From contig CAZGHI010000007.1 in NCBI GenBank assembly GCA_964525565.1, positions 2,904-52,270 of the forward strand: a stretch of 49,367 nt of DNA. The letters are read 5' to 3'. The DNA comes from an uncultured Hyphomicrobiales bacterium (GTDB lineage Bacteria > Bacteroidota > Ignavibacteria > Kapaibacteriales > Kapaibacteriaceae). The translations under genes and the position numbers were made by a program. This document shows positions 36,530-47,153 of the stretch, in pieces (within the stretch, counting starts at the first letter, position 1; each line of letters begins with the position of its first letter). The notes under the pieces are model-generated. The model was not told the DNA's origin, did no database searches, and saw only the letters and a list, made by a program, of their open reading frames with translations.

Positions 36530-39345
36530 AAAACCTTCAGTGGTTGATGATTGGCTTGCTCGGAGCTGCGATCCATGTGGCTGCTCAGACGGTTCTTCCA
36601 CCCATACCAGGACTGCGATCTGATCCTGTTGTTGCAGGCAGACTTAAAGTGCGTCTTACTCGGGATGTTCCACCGGAGCTGCATGCGTGGATATTGAAAT
36701 CTGCCGGATTAGAGATCCTGTATGCCGTCTTGCCACCGGAGCATACGGTATATCGTACGCAACCCGACCCGCAGCCACTAGAGCGCAGCACACTTGAGAT
36801 GCTCGAAGAGCAACTTACCCGTTCGTATGTGTGTGCGTATTCCGATTCAATTATTCCTGAAAAAAAAATTCGTCAGCTTGGTGAATTATGTAGTTTTATT
36901 GACTGTTGCAGTCCAGTGTACGTTGGCACCCTCACTGCAGAACCCAACGATCCGAAGGTAGTTGAACAACTGATGCTATCAACCATTCGGGCATTCGACG
37001 CATGGGATGTTGAAAGGGGCTCGGCATCGGTGCTCATTGGAATCAGTGATAGCGGCGTGTTGCAAGACCATGAAGACTTAGCAGACGCATTATTTGTGAA
37101 TGTGGACGAGATACCGGACAATGGTATTGACGATGATGGAAACGGCTATGTAGATGATTATCGTGGTTACAATTTCTGCACTGCCGATGATGGAACGCCA
37201 CCTGGGAACACATTTAACAAGAATGAAGGGCATGGAACAGGTGTTGCAGGAATCTGTGGTGCTACTGTAAACAATGCCGTTGGCATTGCCGGCGTTGCCA
37301 ACGCATGTAAGATGGTCCCTCTCAAAACCATGCCCGACAATTCCGGGGGAATCATCTATGGTTACGAATCGTTGATGTACTGTGCTGTGAACAACATTCA
37401 GGTAGTGAACTGCTCATGGGGATCGAATAGCAAATCATGCATAGACGAGAACATCGTTGCATATACGATAGCTCGCGGAACAGCCATTGTTGCGGCTGCC
37501 GGTAACCACGGAACCTCAGCCCCTTTCTATCCCGGTTCGTATCCTGGCGTACTTAATGTAGGTGTAACGGATCCTGACGATAATGTTATCGCAATGTCTG
37601 CTTACGGGCCAACAGTCGACGTGATGGCTCCCGGACAGTTTACGGTAACCACATCAAACGATGGAACATACGGTTCGTTCTGTTGTACATCCGGTTCAAG
37701 TCCAATAGCAGCGGCTGTTGTGGGACTTGTTCGATCGAAATATCCTGAACTGTCGCCCTTGCAGGCATGCGCCCTAGTCCGGGAATCGGCAACGCCAGCG
37801 CCGTGGAAAACCATTCACGGACAGTCTCCGGTTGATTTGCTACCGTTCGGACGTTTGAATGCGTTGCAGGCAGTAACGTATTCGCCGGACAGTATGCCAT
37901 CGGTGGAATGGGATAGTGTGCATGTGATACCACGATCACAAGATGTACGATGGGGAGTTGGTGATACCATTGATCTGACTCTGTATGGAACGAATATCCT
38001 TGCCGATTGGCAGGTTGAAGAGGTGCGTGATCTTCGTGTAGTAGGGAGCCAACCGCTCGCAGTCCGTTTACTCAGTAGCCAACCTGTTGTACTGCAGCAA
38101 CGTCTTACACCAGGAGCTCAAGTTGTGGTACAGGGTGTAGCCTGCGAGGTGCTTCGTGAAACCGATTCCACGGTACATGTTGTAGGCACGTTGGTGGGTC
38201 GGACAGGTGGAGGCCAGCAGCATCTACGAAATATTCAAGTGGCTGTAATTCCTTCTCCATCGTTCAGAACATTGTCGAATGCAAGCATTACAACATCAGT
38301 AGGTGACCGTGCCAGAATCGGGAATACAGATATCCAGAGAAGTCAAGGAGCTGGTTTTACCTATCGGCAGTACTGCGGCCAGCTCTATGAATGTGGTCTC
38401 ATGGTAACAGCTAACGGCAAGGTTGTTGATGCAATTCGGGGAACTCGAACAGTTAACAATCACTTTCGGCCGGTGAAACCATTTGATGATCCGGAGCCAA
38501 CCACATGTGTGGTGAACGATGCTGATGCACCGGACTCTGCACGCATAGGGATTCAGGTGGAGTTAAATGTAACGCTCGATAGTGGTGGACAGGGTATTCT
38601 AATCGTGGATGGAACATTAACAAACATCGGTGCAGAGGTATTGCACAATGTTGCCATTGGATGGTTCCAGGATTGGGATCTAGGCAGTAATCCGGGACAC
38701 AACTCAGCAAGACAACAGCGAACAGACTTTGGCAACACAGTGTATTTGCATAGTGATGTTCAGAACCAGCCGCGAATGTACAGTTATGCCGAGAGCAGGC
38801 ACAGCGACGCAGTGGCCGTTGCGTGTGCAATGGATAATGCAACCACATACCGAGAGTTTTCGCACGACAGAAAACGAAGGTTGTTGCTTGGGGAAGAAAG
38901 CAGTGGAGTGTTTACCAGTAGAGATGTTGCATGTGTTACGGGAGTGCATTTTCAAAGCCCCTTACACAGCGGTGCTGTACGAACATTCCGTCAGGTTTTT
39001 CTATTAGACACCTCTGATCGTTCATTCCAACAACTGTCGGCCATAGCATCATCGGTACCACACCGTGCAGATACGCTGTTCGTAGCGTCAGAGGGCAGCA
39101 TGGGTGAGCCATACCCACAACCGTCATGGCATAGCGTATCGGTACCCGTTTCATTTACGGGCAGTGGACGCGCAGACGTATATCTGTGCGACATGCAAGG
39201 CAGATGCACAAAGAACTTTTCGTTGGCATATTCCGGACCGAGCGTTATCACTATTGATGTAAGTGATGTAGCTACTGGAATGTACCAGATGATTGTTGTT
39301 CACGGAAGCCGTGCAGAGACTCAGCCGATACTGGTGCTGCGCTAA
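36526..39345 (+). CDS. secreted subtilisin-like (S8) serine peptidase with T9SS C-terminal domain (paralogue of the upstream gene)
   Basis: ATGA overlap with the upstream stop. Signal peptide. Catalytic Asp (GISDSGV), His (GHGTGVAG) and Ser (TSGSSPIAAA). DDDGNGYVDDYRG. Tail ...ATGMYQMIVVHGSRAETQPILVLR. Confidence 0.9.
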   Translation: MKNLQWLMIGLLGAAIHVAAQTVLPPIPGLRSDPVVAGRLKVRLTRDVPPELHAWILKSAGLEILYAVLPPEHTVYRTQPDPQPLERSTLEMLEEQLTRSYVCAYSDSIIPEKKIRQLGELCSFIDCCSPVYVGTLTAEPNDPKVVEQLMLSTIRAFDAWDVERGSASVLIGISDSGVLQDHEDLADALFVNVDEIPDNGIDDDGNGYVDDYRGYNFCTADDGTPPGNTFNKNEGHGTGVAGICGATVNNAVGIAGVANACKMVPLKTMPDNSGGIIYGYESLMYCAVNNIQVVNCSWGSNSKSCIDENIVAYTIARGTAIVAAAGNHGTSAPFYPGSYPGVLNVGVTDPDDNVIAMSAYGPTVDVMAPGQFTVTTSNDGTYGSFCCTSGSSPIAAAVVGLVRSKYPELSPLQACALVRESATPAPWKTIHGQSPVDLLPFGRLNALQAVTYSPDSMPSVEWDSVHVIPRSQDVRWGVGDTIDLTLYGTNILADWQVEEVRDLRVVGSQPLAVRLLSSQPVVLQQRLTPGAQVVVQGVACEVLRETDSTVHVVGTLVGRTGGGQQHLRNIQVAVIPSPSFRTLSNASITTSVGDRARIGNTDIQRSQGAGFTYRQYCGQLYECGLMVTANGKVVDAIRGTRTVNNHFRPVKPFDDPEPTTCVVNDADAPDSARIGIQVELNVTLDSGGQGILIVDGTLTNIGAEVLHNVAIGWFQDWDLGSNPGHNSARQQRTDFGNTVYLHSDVQNQPRMYSYAESRHSDAVAVACAMDNATTYREFSHDRKRRLLLGEESSGVFTSRDVACVTGVHFQSPLHSGAVRTFRQVFLLDTSDRSFQQLSAIASSVPHRADTLFVASEGSMGEPYPQPSWHSVSVPVSFTGSGRADVYLCDMQGRCTKNFSLAYSGPSVITIDVSDVATGMYQMIVVHGSRAETQPILVLR

Positions 39346-40148
39346 TGAAAAGGTGCCATGCTGAAGGCAGCTATCTTTGCCGAATGGTATTGGTAGATGT
39401 TAACAGCGGGGTAGGCACGATCACGATGAACCGACCGGACAAGCGCAATGCGCTTAGTCCCGAAATGGTTTCCGGTCTTGATGCAGCATTGAGCGAGTGT
39501 ACGCTTAATTCGGCTGTAAAAGTGATTGTTCTCAGAGGTAACGGCCCGGCATTTTGTGCGGGAGCAGATCTGGACTACCTATCAAAGATGTCTGTGCAAG
39601 GGGCTTTGGAGAACCTAGACGACAGCATGCGATTGATGCGCGTAATGAAGAGCTTGTATGAATGTCCTAAGCCCGTTATTGCTGCTGTACATGGACCTGC
39701 GATTGCGGGTGGGTGTGGTCTTGCTACCGTTTGTGACATTGTCATAGCCGCGCAAGAATCGGCTCGGTTTGGGTATAGCGAGGTAGGCATTGGATTCATT
39801 CCGGCAATCGTCATGGTCTTTTTAATTCGAAAGGTTGGCGATACACAAGCACGCAGACTGGTGTTAACTGCAGAAACGATTGATGCAACAGAAGCACGGA
39901 ATATCGGGCTGATTACAAAGGTTGTGCCTGATCACGATTTAGAAGCTGAAACGCAACGATTAGCCGGTATCCTACAAAAAAACAGCTCCAGTGCAATGGC
40001 ACTAAGTAAGTCTATGCTTGCGTCTCTACATGGGATGAGTTTGGATGCCGGTCTGGTTTACGCTGCTACAACAAATGCATTTGCAAGGTCAACCGACGAC
40101 TGCAAAGACGGTGTTCACGCGTTTCTGACAAAGAACAGAAAATCATGA
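39345..40148 (+). CDS. enoyl-CoA hydratase/isomerase (crotonase) family protein
   Basis: ITMNRPDKRNAL, GNGPAFCAGADL, and HGPAIAGGCGLATVCDIVIAAQESARFGYSEVGIG. TAATG overlap with the upstream stop. An alternative ATG lies at 39384. Confidence 0.85.
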   Translation: MKRCHAEGSYLCRMVLVDVNSGVGTITMNRPDKRNALSPEMVSGLDAALSECTLNSAVKVIVLRGNGPAFCAGADLDYLSKMSVQGALENLDDSMRLMRVMKSLYECPKPVIAAVHGPAIAGGCGLATVCDIVIAAQESARFGYSEVGIGFIPAIVMVFLIRKVGDTQARRLVLTAETIDATEARNIGLITKVVPDHDLEAETQRLAGILQKNSSSAMALSKSMLASLHGMSLDAGLVYAATTNAFARSTDDCKDGVHAFLTKNRKS

Positions 40149-41077
40149 TTAACAGGAGAATGTATAGTCCTATGCGGTATCTCATAAATGTATTTCTGGT
40201 GGTGTTTTGTACTGCAACTCTACATAGCCAGCAAGCTGCAACAACAAGAGTTGAGGGAACCATCACAGATCCGGTAACAAAAAAGCCGGTTGGTTGTGCA
40301 ATGAGTTTTGTTGGTCCGTCCGGCAAAAAAACGTCCATTAAGTCGAGCGAAACCGATGGATCCTATCTGGCAGTTCTTAACGAAGCCGGCGAGCATAAGA
40401 TACTCATAGCAGGTTATAACGTTTATCGTGCACAGTTCTCCATCACGATTCCGCATAGCACCAACTTTCAGGAGTTGAAAAAGGATTTCCAGGTGCGTGC
40501 CTTAACCAAAGGTGATGTTGTTACAGAAGTGCGTGGTTTTGAGCTTAACAGTAGTACGCTCTCCGGCGATGGAAAAAGCGCACTTGCAGCATTGAAAGAA
40601 ACATTAGCCGCTAACCAGCAGATGAACGTCATTGTATCAGTTTTGCCAGACCAGGACAGACAAGCGCTAACACGTTTCGAGATTCAGCAGAAATATCAGA
40701 AGGATTCACTGAACTGGGTGAAGGCGTACCAGGCCTGGGAAAAGAAAAACAAGAAAGCCAAGGTGAAAACCGATCCGCCGGTACAGCCAACGATGCCTGC
40801 CGACCCGGAAGACCCCAACAAAACCCTTGTGGATGAGCGCATTGCTGTAGTTGCATCGCAATTGGCAGATGTAAAGCATGGAGATTTGCGCATATCGATA
40901 CAGCCGGCAGCCCTACCGCCGAGTGCCAAGTATGTGCCCCCAGCGCCGACACCGGAAGTGGCGGTGAAGAAAGGAAAACCCGCCGCACCCAAAAAACAGG
41001 CAGCCCCCACGTTACCAGTTTCGCAGCATGCAACGCTTATTGTGAAGGTTGGTGAGGTGAAACGATTGTTTGATTGA
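40145..41077 (+). CDS. secreted hypothetical protein (CarboxypepD_reg-like N-terminal domain, Lys/Pro-rich C-terminal half)
   Basis: ATGA overlap with the upstream stop. Signal peptide (MRYLINVFLVVFCTATLHSQ). RVEGTITDPVTKKPVGCAMSFV resembles carboxypeptidase-regulatory-like beta-sandwiches. The tail is low-complexity PPAPTPEVAVKKGKPAAPKKQAAP. Confidence 0.55.
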   Translation: MINRRMYSPMRYLINVFLVVFCTATLHSQQAATTRVEGTITDPVTKKPVGCAMSFVGPSGKKTSIKSSETDGSYLAVLNEAGEHKILIAGYNVYRAQFSITIPHSTNFQELKKDFQVRALTKGDVVTEVRGFELNSSTLSGDGKSALAALKETLAANQQMNVIVSVLPDQDRQALTRFEIQQKYQKDSLNWVKAYQAWEKKNKKAKVKTDPPVQPTMPADPEDPNKTLVDERIAVVASQLADVKHGDLRISIQPAALPPSAKYVPPAPTPEVAVKKGKPAAPKKQAAPTLPVSQHATLIVKVGEVKRLFD

Positions 41078-41230
41078 TCGGTAGTGAGACAACGTGGGTG
41101 TTGAAATCTTACCGATGCAGTCAGCGCCATAGAACAGGTATATTTCGATTCGAGATAGACTTCGAGGTAACAGAAGTACGGTCTGTACGTCGTAAGAGCA
41201 AACAACTCACACCCAACCGAAAGCACTATC

Positions 41231-43741
41231 ATGGACGGCAACTTTTCCAACAGGGTTCACGAAGTGATCAGGCTTAGCCGCGAAGAAGCATTGCGCCTGG
41301 GTCATGACTACATCGGCACCGAACACCTCCTGTTGGGCATCATACGCGAGGGCGAAGGCATCGGAGTGAAGATTCTTCGGGGACTTGGCGTGGACCTGAG
41401 CAAACTCAAGCGCGCCATCGAGGACACCGTACGATCGATGAGCGGACCTCTTACCATTGGAAATATTCCACTAACGAAGCAGGCCGAAAAGGTACTTAAA
41501 ATTACCTATCTGGAGGCAAAACTTTATAAGAGTGATGTGATTGGCACAGAACATTTGCTGCTTTCACTCTTGCGTGACGAAGACAATATTGCAGCACAGA
41601 TACTAACACAGTTTGCTGTTAACTATGATGCCGTTCGAAAAGAGTTGGATGCTTACCTCAGTGGCAAACCAAGCACCACCACCAATAAGCCAGAGAGGCC
41701 GGCACGATCGAAGACAACCGTGGAAAGGGTGAAAACGCCAGTTCTTGACAACTTCGGCAGAGATTTAACCAAGCTGGCCGTAGAAGATAAGCTGGATCCC
41801 GTCATTGGTCGCGAAAAGGAAATCGAGCGTGTAGCACAAGTTCTTTCGAGACGCAAAAAGAATAACCCGGTGCTCATCGGTGAACCCGGGGTTGGTAAGA
41901 CGGCCATTGTAGAAGGCCTTGCTCTGAGGATTGTAGACAGAAAAGTTTCACGGGTGCTGTTTGATAAGCGCATCGTAACCCTGGACCTGGCTGCGCTGGT
42001 AGCCGGAACGAAGTATCGCGGACAGTTCGAAGAACGAATGAAGGCCGTGATGAACGAACTGGAAAAAGCAAAGGACGTAATCTTATTTATAGACGAATTG
42101 CACACAATAGTTGGTGCGGGTGGTGCATCCGGGTCGCTGGATGCATCGAATATGTTTAAGCCGGCCCTGGCGCGCGGCGACATCCAGTGCATTGGTGCAA
42201 CAACACTAGATGAGTACCGCCAATACATCGAAAAAGATGGTGCACTTGACCGCAGATTCCAAAAAATACTTGTAGATCCGCCGTCAGCAGAAGAAGCCGT
42301 ACAAATATTGATGAATGTGCGGGATCGGTATGAGAAACATCATGGCGTGCGATATAACGATGCTGCCGTGCGCTCGTGTGTGGTAATGGCAGATCGCTAC
42401 ATCACAGACCGTTTTCTTCCGGATAAAGCGCTTGACGTTATGGACGAAGCAGGTGCGAGGGTACATCTCTCGCACATCTCTGTGCCCAAAGAAGTACTTG
42501 AATTGGAAGAGAAGATAGAACAGGTCCGACAAGAGAAAAACATGGTTGTTAAGTCGCAAAACTTCGAGGAAGCAGCCAGGCTTCGTGATTTGGAGAAGCG
42601 ATATCAGGCAGAACTAGAAGCAGCAAAGGAACATTGGGAGCAAAGCGGAACAACAGTCATACACGACGTGACTGAAGATGATATCGCAGACGTGATTGCA
42701 ATGATGACCGGTATCCCCGTGAACCGGATTGCAGAGAGTGAAAGCAGCAAACTGCTCAAGATGGCCGAAGAGCTGAAGCGAAAGGTTATCGGACAGGAAG
42801 AAGCTGTTGATCACCTGGCGAAAGCCATACGAAGAGCGCGGGCCGGGGTGAGAGACCCGTCCCGGCCGGTTGGCGCGTGTATGTTCCTCGGCCCTACCGG
42901 CGTTGGCAAAACCGAACTGGCTAAAGCGCTGGCACGCTACATGTTCGACTCCGAAGATGCACTCATTCGTGTTGACATGAGCGAGTACATGGAAAAATTC
43001 AGCGTTTCCAGACTGGTAGGCGCTCCTCCTGGTTATGTGGGTTACGAAGAAGGCGGACAGCTTACCGAAAAAGTCCGTCGTAAGCCATATAGCATCGTAT
43101 TACTTGATGAGATCGAAAAGGCACATCCCGATGTGTTCAACATTCTGTTACAGGTTTTTGACGATGGACAACTGACCGATGGGCTTGGCAGGCGCGTAGA
43201 TTTCAAGAACACCATCATTATCATGACCAGTAATGTTGGTATGAGGGATGTGAAAGCCGGCGGACGTATCGGATTTTCTACTGATGAGGTTTCGGACTCC
43301 TATGAAAATGTGAAAAGCACAATTGAAGAAACGATGAAACGGCTGTTTAATCCGGAATTCTTAAATCGGATTGACGAGTATGTGATTTTCCGTTCGCTTC
43401 GGCGAGAGCACATGATCGAGATCATAGATCTGCAGCTTCACGATCTATACAAACGTTTGCTGGAGCGCGGCATTCAACTTGAGCTAGCCAAAACAGCAAA
43501 AGAATTTCTTGCTGATCATGGCTTCGACGAGAAATATGGAGCGAGACCACTTCGCCGGACATTGCAGAGGTACATTGAAGATCCGCTTGCCGAAGACTTA
43601 CTCAAAGGCACGTATGCTGAGGGAACGGTTATTAAGGTCCGTTTGGACAAGAAGAGTGGTCAGTTGACCTTCACACACACAAAGCCAAAACAGGATGCAG
43701 GTGAAGAGCACCCCGAAGAAGCTGAGAAGCACGAAGAATAA
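41231..43741 (+). CDS. clpC: ATP-dependent Clp protease ATP-binding subunit ClpC (class I AAA+)
   Basis: 836 aa. Two Clp_N repeats ([13 protein letters not shown] / [11 protein letters not shown]), two Walker A sites ([16 protein letters not shown]), a UVR-like linker ([15 protein letters not shown]), and the RPLRR sensor. Confidence 0.94.
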   Translation: MDGNFSNRVHEVIRLSREEALRLGHDYIGTEHLLLGIIREGEGIGVKILRGLGVDLSKLKRAIEDTVRSMSGPLTIGNIPLTKQAEKVLKITYLEAKLYKSDVIGTEHLLLSLLRDEDNIAAQILTQFAVNYDAVRKELDAYLSGKPSTTTNKPERPARSKTTVERVKTPVLDNFGRDLTKLAVEDKLDPVIGREKEIERVAQVLSRRKKNNPVLIGEPGVGKTAIVEGLALRIVDRKVSRVLFDKRIVTLDLAALVAGTKYRGQFEERMKAVMNELEKAKDVILFIDELHTIVGAGGASGSLDASNMFKPALARGDIQCIGATTLDEYRQYIEKDGALDRRFQKILVDPPSAEEAVQILMNVRDRYEKHHGVRYNDAAVRSCVVMADRYITDRFLPDKALDVMDEAGARVHLSHISVPKEVLELEEKIEQVRQEKNMVVKSQNFEEAARLRDLEKRYQAELEAAKEHWEQSGTTVIHDVTEDDIADVIAMMTGIPVNRIAESESSKLLKMAEELKRKVIGQEEAVDHLAKAIRRARAGVRDPSRPVGACMFLGPTGVGKTELAKALARYMFDSEDALIRVDMSEYMEKFSVSRLVGAPPGYVGYEEGGQLTEKVRRKPYSIVLLDEIEKAHPDVFNILLQVFDDGQLTDGLGRRVDFKNTIIIMTSNVGMRDVKAGGRIGFSTDEVSDSYENVKSTIEETMKRLFNPEFLNRIDEYVIFRSLRREHMIEIIDLQLHDLYKRLLERGIQLELAKTAKEFLADHGFDEKYGARPLRRTLQRYIEDPLAEDLLKGTYAEGTVIKVRLDKKSGQLTFTHTKPKQDAGEEHPEEAEKHEE

Positions 43742-43797
43742 TTCTGGGTACCCTCAATAACTACTGAACTCAGCCTTAAACAGCCCCTTCCCTACAC

Positions 43798-44394
43798 ATG
43801 ACCGCACAGCTTGTCTTTACAGTGATTCGGATCCTGCCGGCAATCATGCTGGCAGGGTCCGATATGGTTTTAGCTACGCCTTCCGACACCACGTTACCGG
43901 AACCTCCGCTTGGGTTTGTGTGGCAAAGAATGCCGGAGTTGAAGGCGGCATTTCTTGCTCCAAAAGGTTGGCATGTGAAGAAGCGGCAAACCGATGGCAC
44001 AGATGCGATGTTCATTACACTGGAAGACATTGAGGTGGAAGGTATGTTTCGAACCGGCTTCTCGATGAATGCGGTACCGCAGATATCGGTTAAAACGAAG
44101 ATGTGGGCAAAACAATATGCCCGCATGTTTCATGAAACCATAAAAAACGATTCTAGTGTTACGGTTCGCTCAGAATGGGAAAATCCGCAGGGCCCATTCA
44201 TGGTGTACGGGTTGCAGTTCACCAAAAACGTTTCGAATTCCGACAGCATAGTTGTACACCAGCTTGTAATTGCGAACGAGAAAACGGACAGGATGTATCT
44301 TATCATGTTCGAAAGTCCTGCTGACCTATGGGATGCAGCATGGCGCATAGGTGATGTTATCATGAACAGATTCATACTCGATGAAAGCATTTGA
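43798..44394 (+). CDS. hypothetical protein, probably exported
   Basis: 198 aa with a hydrophobic N-terminus and no motif I can name. Coding is supported by its position and a 14-nt overlap with the downstream gene. Confidence 0.5.
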   Translation: MTAQLVFTVIRILPAIMLAGSDMVLATPSDTTLPEPPLGFVWQRMPELKAAFLAPKGWHVKKRQTDGTDAMFITLEDIEVEGMFRTGFSMNAVPQISVKTKMWAKQYARMFHETIKNDSSVTVRSEWENPQGPFMVYGLQFTKNVSNSDSIVVHQLVIANEKTDRMYLIMFESPADLWDAAWRIGDVIMNRFILDESI

Positions 44395-45118
44395 GTACGT
44401 TATTGCATACATACAACAACACCGCGACGTGTATGGTAATATTGAATGGGCTACGCTTCCGGAATGGACAAGCCACATGGAGTCAGCACTTCAATCTCAG
44501 AATCCGGAGGGTGATCTGTTAACACCCGGAACGAAGGCCGATGAACGAGACTGGACTACAACGGAAAATCTGGCTGACCTTAATGGCGCGATTTGCACGT
44601 GCATGAAATGTCCGCTGGGAGCTACTCGTACGTCATTTGTATTTGGAAGCGGCAATGAAAGTGCAGAGGTGATGGTTGTTGGCGAAGCACCCGGAGCCGA
44701 TGAAGATGCTCAGGGCTTACCATTCGTAGGGCGCGCAGGACAGTTGCTGACGAAGATCTTGGAGAGCATTCAGTTGCAGCGCAGCGACGTGTACATCTGC
44801 AACATTCTCAAGTGCAGACCTCCAAACAATCGAAAGCCAACACCGCAGGAAACGGATTCATGCGAACCCTACCTCTGGAAACAAATTGAACTTGTTCAAC
44901 CACGCTACATACTAGCACTGGGATTAACAGCAGCTCATACCTTGCTGAAGACAAAACATAGCATGAGTGCGCTTCGAGGAACTGTGCACGACTACCACGG
45001 CATAGGTACTGTTGTTACCTATCATCCCGCCGCTCTTCTGCGTAACCCTGCCTGGAAAAAAGAAACATGGGAAGATGTTAAGTTTCTCCGATCACTTCTT
45101 GACCAAACCATTCAATGA
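44381..45118 (+). CDS. uracil-DNA glycosylase, family 4 (Fe-S type)
   Basis: CTCMKCPLGATR cysteine cluster, GEAPGADED, PFVGRAGQLL, ICNILKCRPPNNR, HPAALLR. Confidence 0.9.
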   Translation: MKAFEYVIAYIQQHRDVYGNIEWATLPEWTSHMESALQSQNPEGDLLTPGTKADERDWTTTENLADLNGAICTCMKCPLGATRTSFVFGSGNESAEVMVVGEAPGADEDAQGLPFVGRAGQLLTKILESIQLQRSDVYICNILKCRPPNNRKPTPQETDSCEPYLWKQIELVQPRYILALGLTAAHTLLKTKHSMSALRGTVHDYHGIGTVVTYHPAALLRNPAWKKETWEDVKFLRSLLDQTIQ

Positions 45119-46131
45119 AAATAGCAGTACTGCTTGGCGGCCATAGCCCTGAACGCAATATCTCTTTACTCAGCGGACGTGCAGTGATAAAAGCTCTGCG
45201 TGAGAACGGACACATCGTTACACCCGTTGATCCCGCTCTTGGAATTCTTTCTGATGAGTACATAGCCAATGCAACGGCTGCGCCCCTTACGCGCGAAGAA
45301 CTTGCTTCATACAGCATAAGCTCGATAGTAAAGCTTCCAGACATAAAGGAGATTCGCGAAGCCGACATTGTCTTTACAGTTCTGCATGGCAAGTATGGTG
45401 AGGATGGGTATGTTCAATCCATTCTTGATTTGCATGGCATTCGTTATACAGGCAGCGGAATGACGGCAAGTGCCGTTGCCATGGATAAAACGCTGAGTAA
45501 AATGCTGTTTCAGGTGGGAGGAATACCAACACCTCAGTGGGTAACGGTAACTCCCAATCAGGCTCGGGATTTGGGAGTACTTGCCGAAGTGCGCCGTGAA
45601 TTGCCGGGAAGTGTCGTTGTGAAACCAAATGATCAAGGCTCTACGGTTGGAATGACGATTGTCCATAGCGGAGACCTTGACGATATCAGCAGAGCCATCG
45701 AACTGGCAGGCGAGTATTCAAGCACCGTTCTCATAGAAGCCTACATTGCCGGTCGTGAACTCACCGTAGCAGTACTTGGTAACGAGGCGCTACCTGTTAT
45801 TGAAATCGAAACCCACGATGGATACTACGACTACCAGCATAAGTACACTAAAGGGCAAACCGACTACCATTGTCCGGCCGATATTTCCGAAGAAGTTCGC
45901 GACCATGTGATGAACCTTGCTGTTGCAGCTCACCAAATTATTGGCTGTACAGCAGTAAGCCGTGTGGACTTTCGATTAAACGAAGACAACATTCCTGTAT
46001 GCCTTGAGTTGAACACCTCACCGGGTTTTACTGAACTAAGTCTTGTACCGATGGCTGCACGAGCAGCCGGTGTGGAGTTTGGTGCATTGTGCGAAGAGAT
46101 CATTCACTTGAGTACTGAGGTACGCTCGTGA
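45115..46131 (+). CDS. ddl: D-alanine--D-alanine ligase
   Basis: MKIAVLLGGHSPERNISLLSG, LHGKYGEDG, an ATP-grasp core, and LELNTSPGFT. ATGA overlap with the upstream stop. Confidence 0.94.
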   Translation: MKIAVLLGGHSPERNISLLSGRAVIKALRENGHIVTPVDPALGILSDEYIANATAAPLTREELASYSISSIVKLPDIKEIREADIVFTVLHGKYGEDGYVQSILDLHGIRYTGSGMTASAVAMDKTLSKMLFQVGGIPTPQWVTVTPNQARDLGVLAEVRRELPGSVVVKPNDQGSTVGMTIVHSGDLDDISRAIELAGEYSSTVLIEAYIAGRELTVAVLGNEALPVIEIETHDGYYDYQHKYTKGQTDYHCPADISEEVRDHVMNLAVAAHQIIGCTAVSRVDFRLNEDNIPVCLELNTSPGFTELSLVPMAARAAGVEFGALCEEIIHLSTEVRS

Positions 46132-47135
46132 GAACGATACAGCTTACAGGTATTGGGAATGCCTTGGTTGATGTGGAGTTCAATGTTTCCGAAGCCGAAC
46201 TGGCTTCGTTTGGTGTAACCAAAGGGGCTATGACTCTTACCGAACCACAACGTCAGGCCGAGATTCTGTCGGCATTGTCGGTACAACCCGTACATCAGAG
46301 CTCAGGGGGCTCAGTAGCAAACTCATTGATTGCTTTTGCCCAGTTTGGCGGATCTGCATGCTTTTTGTCGGTAGTTGGCAACGACAACATGGGTTCGTTC
46401 TATACATCGGAATTCTCCGACCTGAACATCAAACTTGTTGCTGATGCCCTTCCTGGTTTACCAACCGGATCGTGTATAGTTCTGATAACACCTGATGGAG
46501 AACGAACACTCAACACAACTCTCGGCGCGAACGTAACATATGGGCGTCACGCGCTCGACGAACAAGTTCTTCGCAACAGCGAATGGCTTCTTCTTGAAGG
46601 ATACAAGCTTACCGAAGAGAGCGGCGCCGAAGCGCTCGAGGTTGCAGCGTTTACAGCAAAACGCAACAACCGGCACGTAGCGATAAGCTGCAGTGATGGG
46701 TTTATCGTGAACGTATTCTCCGATCGCTTGAATGCATTGCTGCAGTATGCCGATATGATATTCTGTAACGAAGTGGAAGCATGTGCCCTTGTAGGTGAAG
46801 AAAATGCCAATGAAGCATTTCGGTCTCTGAAGAGCAGGTTCCGTGGAGTAGCCCTTACACGTGGAACTAACGGATCACTGGTACACTGGTATGGTAAAGA
46901 TGCGGTTATTCCTGCCTTTGCTGTTGACACCATTGACACAACTGGTGCTGGCGATATGTACGCCGGGGCTTTCCTGTATGCGGTTTTGCATGGCCATTCC
47001 GTTGAACATGCAGGCCGCTTAGCTTCGTACAGCAGCGCCCAAGTTGTCAAACAATTCGGTGCCCGGTTGAGAACCAGCCACATTGAGGTACGTGATACCG
47101 TCCTCCAACATGCACCAACGACCATCACATCATAG
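46128..47135 (+). CDS. PfkB-family carbohydrate/nucleoside kinase (adenosine-kinase-like)
   Basis: GTG start in a GTGA overlap. GIGNALVDVEF N-terminal motif, SGGSVANS, and the C-terminal anion-hole DTTGAGDMYAGAFL. Confidence 0.85.
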   Translation: MRTIQLTGIGNALVDVEFNVSEAELASFGVTKGAMTLTEPQRQAEILSALSVQPVHQSSGGSVANSLIAFAQFGGSACFLSVVGNDNMGSFYTSEFSDLNIKLVADALPGLPTGSCIVLITPDGERTLNTTLGANVTYGRHALDEQVLRNSEWLLLEGYKLTEESGAEALEVAAFTAKRNNRHVAISCSDGFIVNVFSDRLNALLQYADMIFCNEVEACALVGEENANEAFRSLKSRFRGVALTRGTNGSLVHWYGKDAVIPAFAVDTIDTTGAGDMYAGAFLYAVLHGHSVEHAGRLASYSSAQVVKQFGARLRTSHIEVRDTVLQHAPTTITS

Positions 47136-47153
47136 CAAAGTCTAACCCCCTCC

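Noticed and set aside
41078-41230. CtsR or CIRCE-type heat-shock operator upstream of clpC
   Set aside because: Neither GGTCAAA direct repeats nor a TTAGCACTC-N9-GAGTGCTAA inverted repeat is present. Only a short ttcgag direct repeat is there.
41653-42228. 191-aa minus-strand ORF inside clpC, plus the similar 184-aa ORF at 40696-41250
   Set aside because: Both are antisense shadows of strongly supported genes, with low-complexity Ser/Arg/Ala-rich translations.
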